Assembly: GCA_951406725.2 (NCBI GenBank)
Contig: OX597827.1
Coordinates: forward strand, 63,984,001 to 64,048,000
DNA from: Octopus vulgaris
Taxonomy: Eukaryota
Length of the DNA: 64,000 nucleotides
Reading direction: 5' to 3'
Numbering within the stretch: position 1 is the first letter of the stretch; the number at the start of each line of letters is the position of its first letter. The position numbers and the translations under genes were made by a program. Positions 31,313-43,794 of the stretch are shown in pieces. Below the pieces are notes generated by a model. The model ran no database searches. It was not told where the DNA came from and saw only the letters and a list, made by a program, of their open reading frames with translations.

Positions 31313-32002
31313 TGTGTGTATGAGTATGCGTATGCACACTATGCGAACGAAAGCCAAAAATCTTCGTGGCCTTACGTTTTTATTGGTGTGTAACTCACTA
31401 AGGTGAACGTAGTCATTCGATAAATAGAGATCAATAAAAAAAAAAACGAAGGTCAGGTTATGTTCTGTAGTTGATAAATGTTTCTTTTTTTAATTCTTTC
31501 AAGATTTTGGTCCGGATGGCCCCTGTCTCTTGGTTGAAACCGGTAAAAATAAAGGAATTGTAATTCTATTTTTTTTTTATAACAATAATTTCGCTTAGAA
31601 AACAGCATTTATACAGTGGTTAGTTATTATCTTTTGTAATATCTCGGGTGGGTCATTATGCTAATAATAAATACACGCGCTGGTTCTATTTCATTTCTTT
31701 ATTATTTATTAGTTAATTGGTCAACTATGTAACCAATTAACTAATCGATTGTTTCATTAATCGTTCTGTTAATCAATCAGGTAGATTTCTCAAATTCCTC
31801 TCGTCTTCATTTGCAAGCTTATCAATGATACGCTCCCACTATTAATAGTCTTTCAAACCAATTAAAAAGCAGACATATAAATTATTGTATATTTGCGATT
31901 TTTAGTAATTTTAGCCGAATCAATATCAACGTTACATTTATTAACGTAAATTCCTTTCATGACCCCCACCCACGATCACCACTTTAATTATCACCACTGC
32001 TA

Positions 32003-32569
32003 TCAATCACCACCACCACCACCACCACTATCACCACCACCACCACCACTATCACCACCACCACCACCACTATCACCACCACCACCACCACCGCCACTAT
32101 CACCACCACCGAAACCACTGAAACCACTGAAGAAACCACCACCACCACCACCACCACCACCATCACCACCACCACTACCACCGCCACCACCACCGAAACC
32201 ACTGAAGAAACCACCACCACCACTACCACCATCACCACCACCACCACCACCACCACCACCACCACTGCCGCCACCACTACCACAACTACCACCATCTTTA
32301 TCACTACTGACACTGCCATCATCCTCATCATTTTCTTCGCAACTTCCTTCTTCATCATCATCGTCGTCATCATTGTCATCCTTTTTTTCTCTCTTTTTCT
32401 TTTTCTTTTTATATTCTTTTTTACTTTTCTCTTTGCATTTTTTTACCTTTTCCTTCTTTGTTACCTCCGCGGGATAAAAGTCCTTCTCCGGGATGTTCTT
32501 GTCATTATATGAAACCATTTCTCTATCATTTCGGCGACAACAAATTAGGTTTTGAAGTGCAGAAGGCAT
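32003..32569 (-). CDS. Orphan 188-aa low-complexity protein (N-terminal CC, Lys-rich, acidic, Gly-rich tail); paralog of 51316-51924
   Basis: First ~75 aa align with the 51316 ORF; acceptor TTTTCCAG (intron ends at 32587) with CTTAAC branch point; candidate donor AG|GTAAGT at 33939; conserved downstream region. Confidence 0.7.
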   Translation of the reverse strand: MPSALQNLICCRRNDREMVSYNDKNIPEKDFYPAEVTKKEKVKKCKEKSKKEYKKKKKKREKKDDNDDDDDDEEGSCEENDEDDGSVSSDKDGGSCGSGGGSGGGGGGGGGGDGGSGGGGFFSGFGGGGGGSGGGDGGGGGGGGGFFSGFSGFGGGDSGGGGGGGDSGGGGGDSGGGGGDSGGGGGGD

Positions 32570-32698
32570 TTTTTTCAGTTAAATCTCTGGAAAATACAAA
32601 GATTAAAAGAAGTTAAGTAATTTGTTTAGACAAGAAGAAGAAAAACAAACAAATATATTTCACAAAAAAGGAGAGAAGGGGCATTAGAGGGAGAGAGA

Positions 32699-32757
<59 letters not shown>

Positions 32758-33224
32758 CCAGAAAGATAGACAAACAAAAATAAGGAGAGTGAGAGTGTAA
32801 TAGACAGAAAGATAGTCAAAGTGAATGAGAGAGAGAGAATGAGAAACAGACTGAAAGACAGGGTGAGAGAGAGAGAGAGAGAGAAACAGAGAGTAAGACA
32901 GACAAACAAAATTAATGAGTGAGAGTGAAGGAGAGAGAGAGAGAGAGAGTTGTAGAGAGAAACATAGTCAAAGTGAATGAGAGAGAGAGAGAGAGAGAGA
33001 GAGAAACAGACTGATAGACAGAGTGAGTGAGAGAGAGAGCGAGAAACAGACTGAAAGACAGAGTGAGTGAGAGAGAGAGAGAGAGAGAGAGATAAACAGA
33101 GAGAAAGATAGACAAGCAAAATGAGAGTGAGTAAGTGAGAGAGAGAGAGAGAACGACAGAGACACGAAGAGAAAACTAGGCACACATATTGTATAACAGG
33201 CAAATATACATATTCTTTTCTGCT

Positions 33225-33782
33225 GTAAGCACAAGGCCTGACATTTTGGGGGGAGGGGTCAGTCGATTGGATCGACCCCAGTACGCAACTGGTACTTAAT
33301 TTATCGACCCTGAAAGGATGAAAGGCAAAGTCGACCTCGACGGAATTTGACAGACGAAATACCTATTTCTTTACTACCCACAACGGGCTAAACACAGAGG
33401 GGACAAACAAGGACAGACAAACAGATTAAGTCGATTATATTGACCCCCAGTGCGTAACTGGTATTTGTTTAATCGACCCTGAAAGGATGAAAGGCAAAAT
33501 TGATCGCGGCGGAATTTGAACTCAGAACGTAGCTGCAGACGAAATACCTATTTCTTTATTACCCACAAGGGGCTAAACACAGAGAGGACAAACTAGAACA
33601 AATAAGCGGATTAAGTCGATTACATCGACCCCAGTGCGTAACTGGTACTTAATTTATCGACCCCGAAAAGGCTGAAAGGCAAAGTCGACCTCGGCGGAAT
33701 TTGAACTCAGAACGTAGCTGCAGACGAAATACCGGTAAGCATTTCGCCCGGTGTGCTAAAGTTTCTGCAAGCTTTCCGCTTT
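33225..33782 (-). mobile_element. Tandem partial copies of SINE family C
   Basis: Three repeats of the ATCGACCC..GAAAGGATGAAAGGCAAA module. Confidence 0.8.
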
Positions 33783-34379
33783 AATTAATGATAATTATGA
33801 TAATTGGTATTGGTGCAATTTGTGTCTTAGTCTATCGCGCACCAATATGGAACCCAACCAATCGCAGCCTCCAAATAAATCATGTGAGACAGTTTGTTCT
33901 AAACTACATTTGAGCCTACCGTTAGCTATAAAAACTTACCTCCTCCTAGTTTCGGGGTCTGTTGGGTCCAGACCTTCTAAGCGACCTCCATCTTCGTCTC
34001 TCACCAACGTCGTCAACAACATCTGCAGAGCACCAACACACTGCACTGGTTCTAACATATCGCTGTTCGTGAGCTTTCCTCATTAGGGTTAACAGCTAAC
34101 ATGCAACCCACGCAGATGCATGTAGATATATGAATAAATGTACATCAACCATTTTCATTTTTCGTTCAGATTGGGTATGTACGTGTGGCCACATTAAAGG
34201 TACTTAAAGTCACAGCCTTGTTTATGTATTCTTTCTACCGGGTTTCCTATCAAATGTTATTACAGCCTTCTGAGTAGAGTCACATTAGATGACTCCACGA
34301 CATATAAATCTATACTTTTCTTCATTGAACAATTTAAGTCCACTGAGTGGACTTACATGAGCTTTCTGACCATGTTAGA

Positions 34380-34760
34380 GTAGAAAACATCACCATGAAT
34401 GCGAGTGCTTTGCTCCAGCGATTGTATCAATGTGTGATAGTTAACTTAAAGTCATGTTATATGAGAAAAGCTTTCTAACAACTTATGAAAGCAATTCTGG
34501 AAAAAATTCAACATGACGGATGCCATGGACAACATAGTCGAGTCTGGGATGAAGTGAAATCCTCTACTTTAAAAGGTGTTTGGAATAATATTTGGCCAGA
34601 CTGTATCCACTGGCAGAATGTTTACATCGAATTAGAAAGATATTGTGACACTTGCAAATGATATAGGGGTTAAAAGGTCATATAGAGTGATATGCTTGTG
34701 TTGCTAGTGTCTAACAGAGAAATTTTATCTAATGAGGAACTGATGTTGTTAGATCAAGAG
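34380..34760 (+). pseudogene. Degenerate pogo/Tigger transposase fragment
   Basis: Remnants LLQRLYQCVIVNLKSCYMR, FWKKFNMTDAMDNI, WDEVKSSTLKGVWNNIWPDC. Confidence 0.65.
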
Positions 34761-35303
34761 CATTCTAAGAATACAGATGTGAATGTGGAAATTCCACCCA
34801 CTTTACTTAAACTGACTGCAAAGAATATTTGGCACCGATAGAAAAAGATGTGCAAATGTTTACTGATAATGACCCTAATTTTGCACGTAACATAAAAATT
34901 ATAAGAGCATTTCCTGAACTGAGAGTCTATTATGACCTTTGATTTGAATTTTTCGGCTTCCTTGAAGACAGAAAACGTTTTTTTGTTTTGCACAAGCTAT
35001 TTGGATCGGTTTTCTTTGATTCTGAGTTAGATATTTCTGTAGTCCCATGACGGATATTTTATAACAGCTTTCTAGTTGTATAAGATCTCAACTACCTTCA
35101 ATTTTCTGGCAGAATCATTAGCGTGCCAAGCAAAATGCTTAGCGGTATTTCGTCTGCCGCTACGTTCTGAGTTCAAATTCCGCCGAGGTCCACTTTGCCT
35201 TTCATCCCTTCGGGATTGATAAATTAAGTACCAGAGAAACACTGGGTTCGATATAATTGAGTAGTCCCCTCCCCATAAATTTCAGGCCTTATGTCTATGT
35301 AGA

Positions 35304-35343
<40 letters not shown>

Positions 35344-35379
35344 GTTATTATTATAGAAAATTTCACAGCTTATTTTGCT

Positions 35380-37500
35380 GGATATGATGGAAAGTGTTCA
35401 GCTGTCCGCAGCCAGCAGACTAAGGTGAAACTTGTTTACTGGTCATGCTTGAAGAACCCTGCAAAGAATTCTTTTAGCTCCAAGCAATGCTGATTTTTGT
35501 AGGTGTTCTACCTTCACCCATTCACCGATCCTTTTCAGCCTTGTTCGTAGTTGAGTGCTGATACTTCGAAGTGAACCAATTACTATTTGTATTGCGTTTA
35601 CTCTCAAATTTTAAGGGGTTGTATTTTTAGCCTTTCATCTGTTTTCTTCGCAATCCTGGGTTGAAATGAACACGATGGATCAATCAGCAAGCAAATTCGA
35701 TTTTCCTTCTCTGTTATTGTAATGTCTAGCTTGTTATGTTTTATGCTTTTATCCATTTGACTTCGAAAATTTGCATTTTTGCGTCTCAAAGCCTCTTTCT
35801 ACACGATGATTCTACCAAGTACGTCTTGCTTCAAGCCACCATTTCTGACAAAGCTTCTAGTGTAAAACTTTCAGAATTTGATCATGTCTCCATTTCTTAT
35901 ATTCTCCCTGATCATTCTTGGGACATTTTGCAACAATGTGTGCCATTGTTTCATCCCAAATTCCACATACTCTGCATTTTACCGACACTTCCCCATATAC
36001 ATATTTTCTTAAGCTGTTTGTCCGCAGTGCTTGATCTTGAGATGTTATAATAAGGATTCCTGCTTCTTTTTTTCAGAGGATTTTGTTCCACATACATTCT
36101 CAGTGTCTTTCCAAAACTGAATGTGCGAAGGCTTCTCATAAAACTGTTTATCATGTTCTCTTTTAATTTCATTTCTGTCCTTTTCTCTTTTTCTGGTTGT
36201 GCTCACCTGTTCTATAGTCATTGCCTTTTGTAAGTTTTCCGTGTTGTTCTCTAAGTATTCTGGAAGGTTTTATTTTTTCTCTCCATCTGTCTACACTCTT
36301 TCACACTAATAATACCTCTGCCACACTGGTCTTTCTTCAAAGACAACCAGTTAATATCTGCTTTCGGACAGAGGACTCCATACATTGTCAATAGCTTTCT
36401 AGTTTTTTTTCTGTCAAGTTTCTGTATGTTGCCCTTGGTTCAATCTTCAATTTCAACTTCATATCTGATTATCGGTACTTCTCTCGCATTTATTGCTTCA
36501 ATAATATATGTGTTTTGAATTCAGCTTTGACTGTAATATTTTTCTCACTCTCCTAGTCAATTCAGTCTTCAAATGTTTCATATTTTCATTGACGATATTT
36601 TCCATATTTGCTCCCTCTCTAAACTGGTTCATTGTTTTACTTATCCAAATGTGTAGTGTCATGTCATATGCTTTTTTTTTTAATATAACCCAACCATGCT
36701 ACATTCAATCCCGTCAATCTGCGTCTGCAATTTCTTACTACCATTTTATCAACGAACAACTTCATTGCCCTGTTTCACTTTCTGCATCCCTTCAGTTGCA
36801 CTGGAAATAAATTGCTGCTTTCCAGCTGATGATCCAACTTTCCTACCAGCACACCAGTTTAGGGATCCCTAAGATATAACAATGTTCGTCCAGTTATCAT
36901 CTAGGTAGAAACGTGTCTCTGCTGCTGGTATTCATCAAGGTGTGCTGCGAATCTTTCATGTAATTGTCGAAAATTCTTCAGCACTCCATCCGGATCTAGT
37001 CCTTTTCACCCTGGTAATTTTTAAACTTCACTTTCACCAAGTACAATAAAATCTTGACGTCCTTTTATTTCGGCACAGTTGCAAGTTGTCTCTCCACCTG
37101 TGTTAGCCACTCTGCACTTTCTCACTGGTCTTACTGACCTGTTTCAAAGCTTTCCTCAAAACGCTTTACTTCCTTCCACAACCGGAATCACTTCCTAATG
37201 TTGTTCCCTTTCTATTTCCTCAAAAAGATACCTCATGTTTGATTGAAACAACCCTGTTATGTTCAAAACCTTTGCATCTAACATCATATCTCATCCATTT
37301 GGCCCTTAATACTGTCACCCATTGTGACTATACTCCATGTACAGTTTGCTTTTCTCTTTCTTCTAACATCTACTGTTCACTCAGTCTTCTGTTTACAGCC
37401 TCATTCTTATTTACCCTATTTAATTGTCCCAATATTTTCTGAGTCATTTCCACCCCCATTCGTATTCTTTTCTCGCCGCTTCTATCCTGTTATGCTAGCA
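35380..37500 (-). mobile_element. Heavily decayed RLE-type (R4/Dong) LINE
   Basis: Minus-strand HNKLDITI..RICLLIDPSC and fragments resembling 55110-56222; adjoins (ATT)n. Confidence 0.6.
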
Positions 37501-38016
37501 ACAACGTTAGCGGCGGCTGACTAGCTGGTTTTCACTGATGTTCTCACTTTTCCAACTCTTACGGCCACTATCACTATCATTATTATTAGTACAACAACCA
37601 CCACAATTCTCATCATTATTATCCCCATTAATAAAGCTAATGCGTTAGCATGCCGGGTGAAACGCTTAGCGGTATTTTATCTGCCGCAACGTTCTGAGTT
37701 CAAATTCCACCGTGGTCGACTTTGCCTTTCAACTTTTCGGGGTCAATAAGTTAAAAACCAATCAAGTACTGGGGTCGATGTAATCCACTATCTCCTGTCC
37801 CACAAATTCCAGGCCTTGTGCTTATAGTAGAAAAGGATTATCATCCCCATTCTACCACAATCTTTTCCTTTATCGATATCAAGATTTCTGGTAAAGTTGG
37901 CAGGATGGGATTGGGTGGGTGCGTTGCAGGCATGAAACCAAGTTTCCAACACTGAAGAGAGAAATACAGCAAAATAAAAAAGAAAGACAGCAAAATAAAA
38001 AAAAGTGTCTATAATA

Positions 38017-38180
38017 GGCGGAGTGGCCGTGTGGTAAGTAGCTTGTTTACCAACCACATGGTTCCAGGTTCAGTCCCACTGCGTGGCACCTTGGGCAAGT
38101 GTCTTCTACTATAGCCTCAGGCCGACCAAAGCACTGTGAGTGGATTTGGTAGACGGAAACTGAAAGAAGCCCGTCGTATA
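38017..38180 (+). mobile_element. SINE family A 5' part
   Basis: Matches 7141-7305. Confidence 0.8.
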
Positions 38181-38247
38181 TATGTATATATATATAGAAA
38201 CCTGTAGTATAGTATATATACTATAGTATAGTATAGTATATATATAG

Positions 38248-39660
38248 AAACCTGTACTCACAGAAACCTGTAGTAAGTTAAATTCACTTCTCTCAAAAAT
38301 TGATACGCTCTTTGCAAACATTGCTTTAACAATAAATACAATCCAAACACAAAATATTCTCTGTAAAAATAATCAAACAAACACAACTGACAACACAAAC
38401 CTTCTGGCGGGACTACCCCAATCACAAAGGACAACAAATGACGAAGAAACAAAAACTGACACAAACCAAGAAAAACCTTCAAAACCCCAAGACTGGAACA
38501 AACTTCTAAACCAACGCAAATATGCTTATTGGAAAAACATACGCTGTAAGAACATAGCCAACATATATCAAAACTGGCGGGACTTGAAGAACCCAATACT
38601 CCCTAGAAAATTTCTTATCAAAGAAATAAGGGGTGAAACACTAGAAGAAACAACAATACGTGCAAACCTAGCCCTCTGCCGACTAGAAACGGAAATTTCC
38701 CTTCTACAAACACGAAGCACACACCAGGAAGATAAGATTAAAACAATCGATACCGTCATAATGGCCGAGATAACAGAAAGGAACAATAACCAAAACAAAG
38801 AAAAACTACAACAATTATGGAAAGAGGATACCGAACGAGAGGAGGAAAGATCCAGATTTATGTGGACCAAACAACATGAGTGGTTTTTAAACTACGAAAA
38901 GAACTATGGTGAAGAATCAATTATGAAGACAAAAAGACTACCAAAACAAATGAATAGATACAACAAACCAACACCACAAACATATTGGACTCCCAGGCAT
39001 CAAAATAAGCCCTACCAAACACAAACCAAAATCCCGCTCCTTACACTGCCGAACCCCCCAATTAACAGATGCACAAAATATGAAAGACAACCATCAACCC
39101 AAAACCCCACAAAAACAAACACACCAACAGCAAGACGAGCACAATACATACAACCAACAACCTATAACACTTGGAGAGAACAAATAGAATATGAACAACC
39201 ACCAACACATAACACTGGACACCCTAACGGGACACACACATGGAACAATATACAAATGGATAGAAATCAACACATAACCTACAACAAACATCAAGGAAAT
39301 CGAAACCACACAAACACCAACCCCATGCAACCCCACAAATTTCCAAGATGGATAAAAAACAACTCCAACTATCAATACAATACAAACACAATACATGAAC
39401 CATCCACCTACCCACAAAGAAACCTGAACCCCAGTAATAAATATTGGCTCAACCAACACAGAAGGTGGGAAGAAAACAACTACCAAAGACAAAACAACAC
39501 ATACAGACCACACAGACCACCCCAACTACAAGAAAACCTAAGAACTGAAAATGGAATTTGGAGACGTAACAACACAACCCATTTTTTAGGGAGAGGATAC
39601 TTCAACCATACTCCAGACCCAATACACCAAAAATTCCGGATGAACTCCCAAAACACATAG
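38248..39660 (+). CDS. PLE upstream ORF (helical N-part, Q/N/T/P-rich C-part)
   Basis: Frame is open from 38248, upstream of the TTG at 38584, to TAG at 39660; no ATG start retained at the truncated 5' end. Confidence 0.7.
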   Translation, partial: KPVLTETCSKLNSLLSKIDTLFANIALTINTIQTQNILCKNNQTNTTDNTNLLAGLPQSQRTTNDEETKTDTNQEKPSKPQDWNKLLNQRKYAYWKNIRCKNIANIYQNWRDLKNPILPRKFLIKEIRGETLEETTIRANLALCRLETEISLLQTRSTHQEDKIKTIDTVIMAEITERNNNQNKEKLQQLWKEDTEREEERSRFMWTKQHEWFLNYEKNYGEESIMKTKRLPKQMNRYNKPTPQTYWTPRHQNKPYQTQTKIPLLTLPNPPINRCTKYERQPSTQNPTKTNTPTARRAQYIQPTTYNTWREQIEYEQPPTHNTGHPNGTHTWNNIQMDRNQHITYNKHQGNRNHTNTNPMQPHKFPRWIKNNSNYQYNTNTIHEPSTYPQRNLNPSNKYWLNQHRRWEENNYQRQNNTYRPHRPPQLQENLRTENGIWRRNNTTHFLGRGYFNHTPDPIHQKFRMNSQNT

Positions 39661-41894
39661 ACCCCAAAATAATAAACTTATCTAAAAGAGAACTTGACGA
39701 ATATGAAATGAACCTACTACTAAAAGGCCTCAAATTTACACCTACACCCACTCCAAACCTCATAGAACTAAAAACTGACATAGACAACTTCAGCCGCTAC
39801 CTCCGCCTTATGGAATTCTTTGAAAATAAAGAAACAGGAGATAACTCAATCATAAGAAAAAAATCCCACTTCACCCCTTACAAGGGAAGTGACAAACACC
39901 TTGACACATACATAGAAACAATATCCAAATTCCCTCTTCACACACACAAATGCAAACAGAATCTCCGCAGAGAAGAAAAGCAAGCCCTACAAAAACTGAA
40001 AAATGACAAATCAATCGTTATAAAAGAAGCTGACAAAGGTGGAGCAATAGTAATTATGGACACAGATTACTACAAAGAAAAGATACTAGAGTTACTGAAC
40101 AACCAGACATATTACAAAGAGGAACCAACACCACCGGAGAAAACAACAATAAGAAAAATTAGAACTTTAGTCAATGAATATCAGGACTCCTTTACAGATA
40201 AGGAGGAAGATTATCTATGCAACTCACAAACCAAAGAAAGCAACTTTTATGGATTACCTAAAATTCATAAAAGCTCGGAAATACAGAGAGCCATAAAGGA
40301 ACAGAGGAACCACTACATAAGAGTACAAAGACCTGCAGACCTCACGATGAGACCAATAGTGGTAGGACCCCAGGCACCAACACAACAACTAAGCCACTTC
40401 ATAGATATACTCCTCAAACCTCTATGCCCACAGATTCCAAGCTACATAAGGGATGACATAGACTTCCTCACACACATTCCAAATACAGTCCCGAAAAACA
40501 CCATACTTGCAAGCTTTGATGTCACAAATCTATACACAAACATACCACACACCCTAGGTCTAGAAGCTATAAAACAATCAATAGAAAAATACAGAGAACT
40601 TATAGACGAACGCTTCAAGACAAACTTTATCACCCAAGCCACCCAACTAATACTAGAAGAAAACACATTCTCATTCAACAACAAGACATACCGACAGATA
40701 AAAGGCACGGCTATGGGTACAAAATTCGCACCTTCATATGCCAACCTGGTGATGGGCTTCCTGGAGAAAAAGCTATATGACGAAATAGGGAAAGTCTTCG
40801 AACACGACTTCAGAGAAGACATCAAGAAAAAGTGGAAACGCTACCTCGATGACTGTTTCATCTTTTGGAACAGATCAGAAGAGGACCTACAAACATTCCA
40901 CAACATCCTCAATACGCTGCACCCATCTATCAATTTCACAATAGATACCAGCCACAACGAACTTCCCTTCCTAGACATCAACAGCAAAATACACAACTCC
41001 ATCGTCACAACAGACATCCACTACAAAAAAACTGACACACATCAATACTTAAATTTCCACTCCTGCCACCCATCCCACACAAAAAGAAACATCCCATATA
41101 GTATGGCACGACGAATATGTAGCATAGTAACTGATTCACAAATACGATTAATAAGACTAGATGAACTCAAAAGCTTCCTCCTAGAGCAAAAATACCCCCT
41201 TAAACTAATAGAAAATGGAATCACAAGAGCATTAAAACTAGACATCACACAACTCAGGACACCCAAAACAAAAAACAAAGAAAACACTATCCCTTTTATA
41301 AACACACACAACCCTGGAGTTACCAACATCTTCCAAACCATACATTCAAACCTACCAATAGCCTTACAGAGCCCCAAAATGAAAAACATTAAACAAATAT
41401 AGCATAAAAAACAGTAGACGACAGGACAAAAACCTAAAAAACACCTAACAAGAGCGAAATTCTCTTCAGAAACTAAAACGGAATTCTTTGCAAAAGAGTG
41501 CGGAGATGGTAGATGTGGGACCTGCAGCAACCCCACCTACAAATACATAGAGAGCAACAGAGAGATAAGATTTAAAAATGGTGTCATATTCAAAGTAAAT
41601 GCAGATATGAACTGCAAGACGCAGAACGTCATATACTGCATAACCTGCCCCACATGCAAGGAGAATTACGTAGGTGAAACTGGTAATTCTTTGTGCCAGC
41701 GAGCCAGGATCCACCGACAACATATTCGGCTGGAAGAACTACGCAAAATACCACTAAGCACACACCTAGCTACATGTGGAGAAGGAAAATTTAAGATATT
41801 TCCCTTCTACAAGTGTCCGAAGAATGACACCCCCTTCAGGAGAAATATGGAAAAACATTTCATAGCTAAGTTCTCCCCCAAATTAAATGGCTGA
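39588..41894 (+). pseudogene. PLE reverse transcriptase + GIY-YIG endonuclease, with frameshifts near 41388 and 41438
   Basis: IINLS, KGLKFTPTP, ADKGGAIV, FYGLPKIHK, RPIV, FDVTNLYTNI, GTAMG, RYLDD, PFLD, CGDGRCGTC, VIYCITC..C...YVGET, PKLN. Confidence 0.92.
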
Positions 41895-42875
41895 AACTTT
41901 ACTCAACATACATTGAAGGACAAATCTGTGTGTGTGTAGATGTGTGTATTGCCTGTTATATACATCATATTATATTATTATCTTTATAATTCACTTCCAT
42001 CTTTACCTTTTAATTGTTACTTTAATTTTAACTTTCCTATGATATACAATTTTCAAGATGGTATAATTTGGTTGTTCATTTTGAACCGATAAAAAGGTTT
42101 TTTCAAATATTTATGTATAAGTCTGTGTGTGTGTATATATATGTGTTGGTATAAATATCAACACACAAAAATATTTTTTCTTCTCCACTTCCTCCCTTAT
42201 TTTTATTTTTATTTTTTATTTTTTATTTTTTATTTATTCTTTATATTTTTTTATTTTTTTTAATTTTTAATTTTTATATTTCTATATTTTTTTATTTTTT
42301 TATTTTTATTATTATTATTTTTATTTTCCCTTTTCTCTTTTTGTCTCTCTCCCCTTCTCCAAACACACAGACACACACACACACACATACACACACACAC
42401 ACACACGCACGCACACAAAAACACACGCGGACACACAGAGACACATACACACACACACACACCTCCACAGAATGATCATAGAAAGTGTGACCCCAAATGA
42501 CATTTGCCAGGCCAACCTACGCACAACACACACTCAGTGACATCGAAATGGACTGCCAAAGTTCTTATAAAACCACAGGCGGTCCAGCAGACCAACGGAA
42601 ATAACACTTCTTCACTCTCAGATATAAACGCGCACACACACACACACACACATACACATACACACATTTTTTCTCTGTCTCACTTCCTCCTCACCCACTA
42701 CTACGAAACTATAAAATGTTCAAACTCCCCACAACTGATTTGATTTGAAAAGCCCACTAGAATGGGAGCAAGCGCTAATCCGAAATCCGAATGATATGAT
42801 ATGATATATATGTAAAAAATATAATATATAAATAAATATCTACAAATATGAACCATCTGATCTGATTACCTCAAT

Positions 42876-42933
<58 letters not shown>

Positions 42934-43269
42934 TGTGTGTGTTTGTGTGTCTGTGTTTGTCCCCCTAGCATTGCTTGACAACCGATGCTGGTGTGTTTAT
43001 GTCCCCATAACTTAGTGGTTCGACAAAAGAGACCGATAGAATAAGTACTGGGCTTACAAAAGAATAAGTCCCGGGGTCGAGTTGCTCGATTAAAGGCAGT
43101 GCTCCAGCATGGCCGCAGTCAAATGACTGAAACAAGCAAAAGAGAGAAAAGATAGTTATGACATGCAAGCCATTTTCTACATGTAAATAAATATGTCTAA
43201 CGTCCATGAGGAAAATAAATGTTTTTTTACACAGTTTTTAAGTTTTTTAAATTACTGCATATGAAAGCA

Positions 43270-43680
43270 TTAGAACGCCAGGTGAAATGCTTGGCGGGCG
43301 AAATGCTTAGCGGTATTTCGTCTGCCTCTACGTTCTGAGTTCAAATTCCGCCGAGGTCGACTTTGCCTTTCACCCTTTCGGGGTCGATTAAATAAGTACC
43401 AGTTACGCACTGGGGTTCGATATAATCGACTTAATCCGTTTGTCCTCTCTGTGTTTAGCCCCTTGTGGGTAGTAAAGAAATAGGTATTTCGTCTGCCGCT
43501 ACGTCCTGAGCTCAAATTCCGACGAGGTCGAATTTGTCTTTCTTCCTTTCGGGTCGATTAATTAAGTACCAGTTACGCACTGTGGTCGATATAATCGACT
43601 TAATCCGTTTGTCTGTCCTTGTTTGTCCTCTCTGTGTTTAGTCCCTTGTAGGTAGTAAAGAAATAGAAATAGGTATTACG
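43270..43680 (+). mobile_element. Tandem SINE family C
   Basis: Two GAGTTCAAATTCC...GGGTCGAT modules. Confidence 0.8.
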
Positions 43681-43794
43681 TTTCTTTCGACCTATGTATG
43701 TATCTACTTCCAGAATGTGTGGGGTTCTTCGTTTTGTCCCATGTGGGACTTCCCACTTTAGGGAATTTCTTATTGTTTAACTGTTTTGTTAATT

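Larger units (their letters stand above)
38248..42883 (+). mobile_element. Penelope-like retroelement (Neptune-type), 5'-truncated, bounded by TA-rich tracts
   Basis: Upstream ORF, PLE RT, CxxxxCxxC linker, C-terminal GIY-YIG, ~1-kb 3' region running into (TA)n. Confidence 0.9.

Noticed and set aside
31959-32477. Pro-rich extensin-like ORF on the plus strand
   Set aside because: Antisense of the Gly-rich ORF; paralog conservation and splice signals support the minus strand
42740-42790. Hammerhead in the PLE 3' region (TTGAAAA-GCCCA..TGGG)
   Set aside because: Too many core mismatches to call
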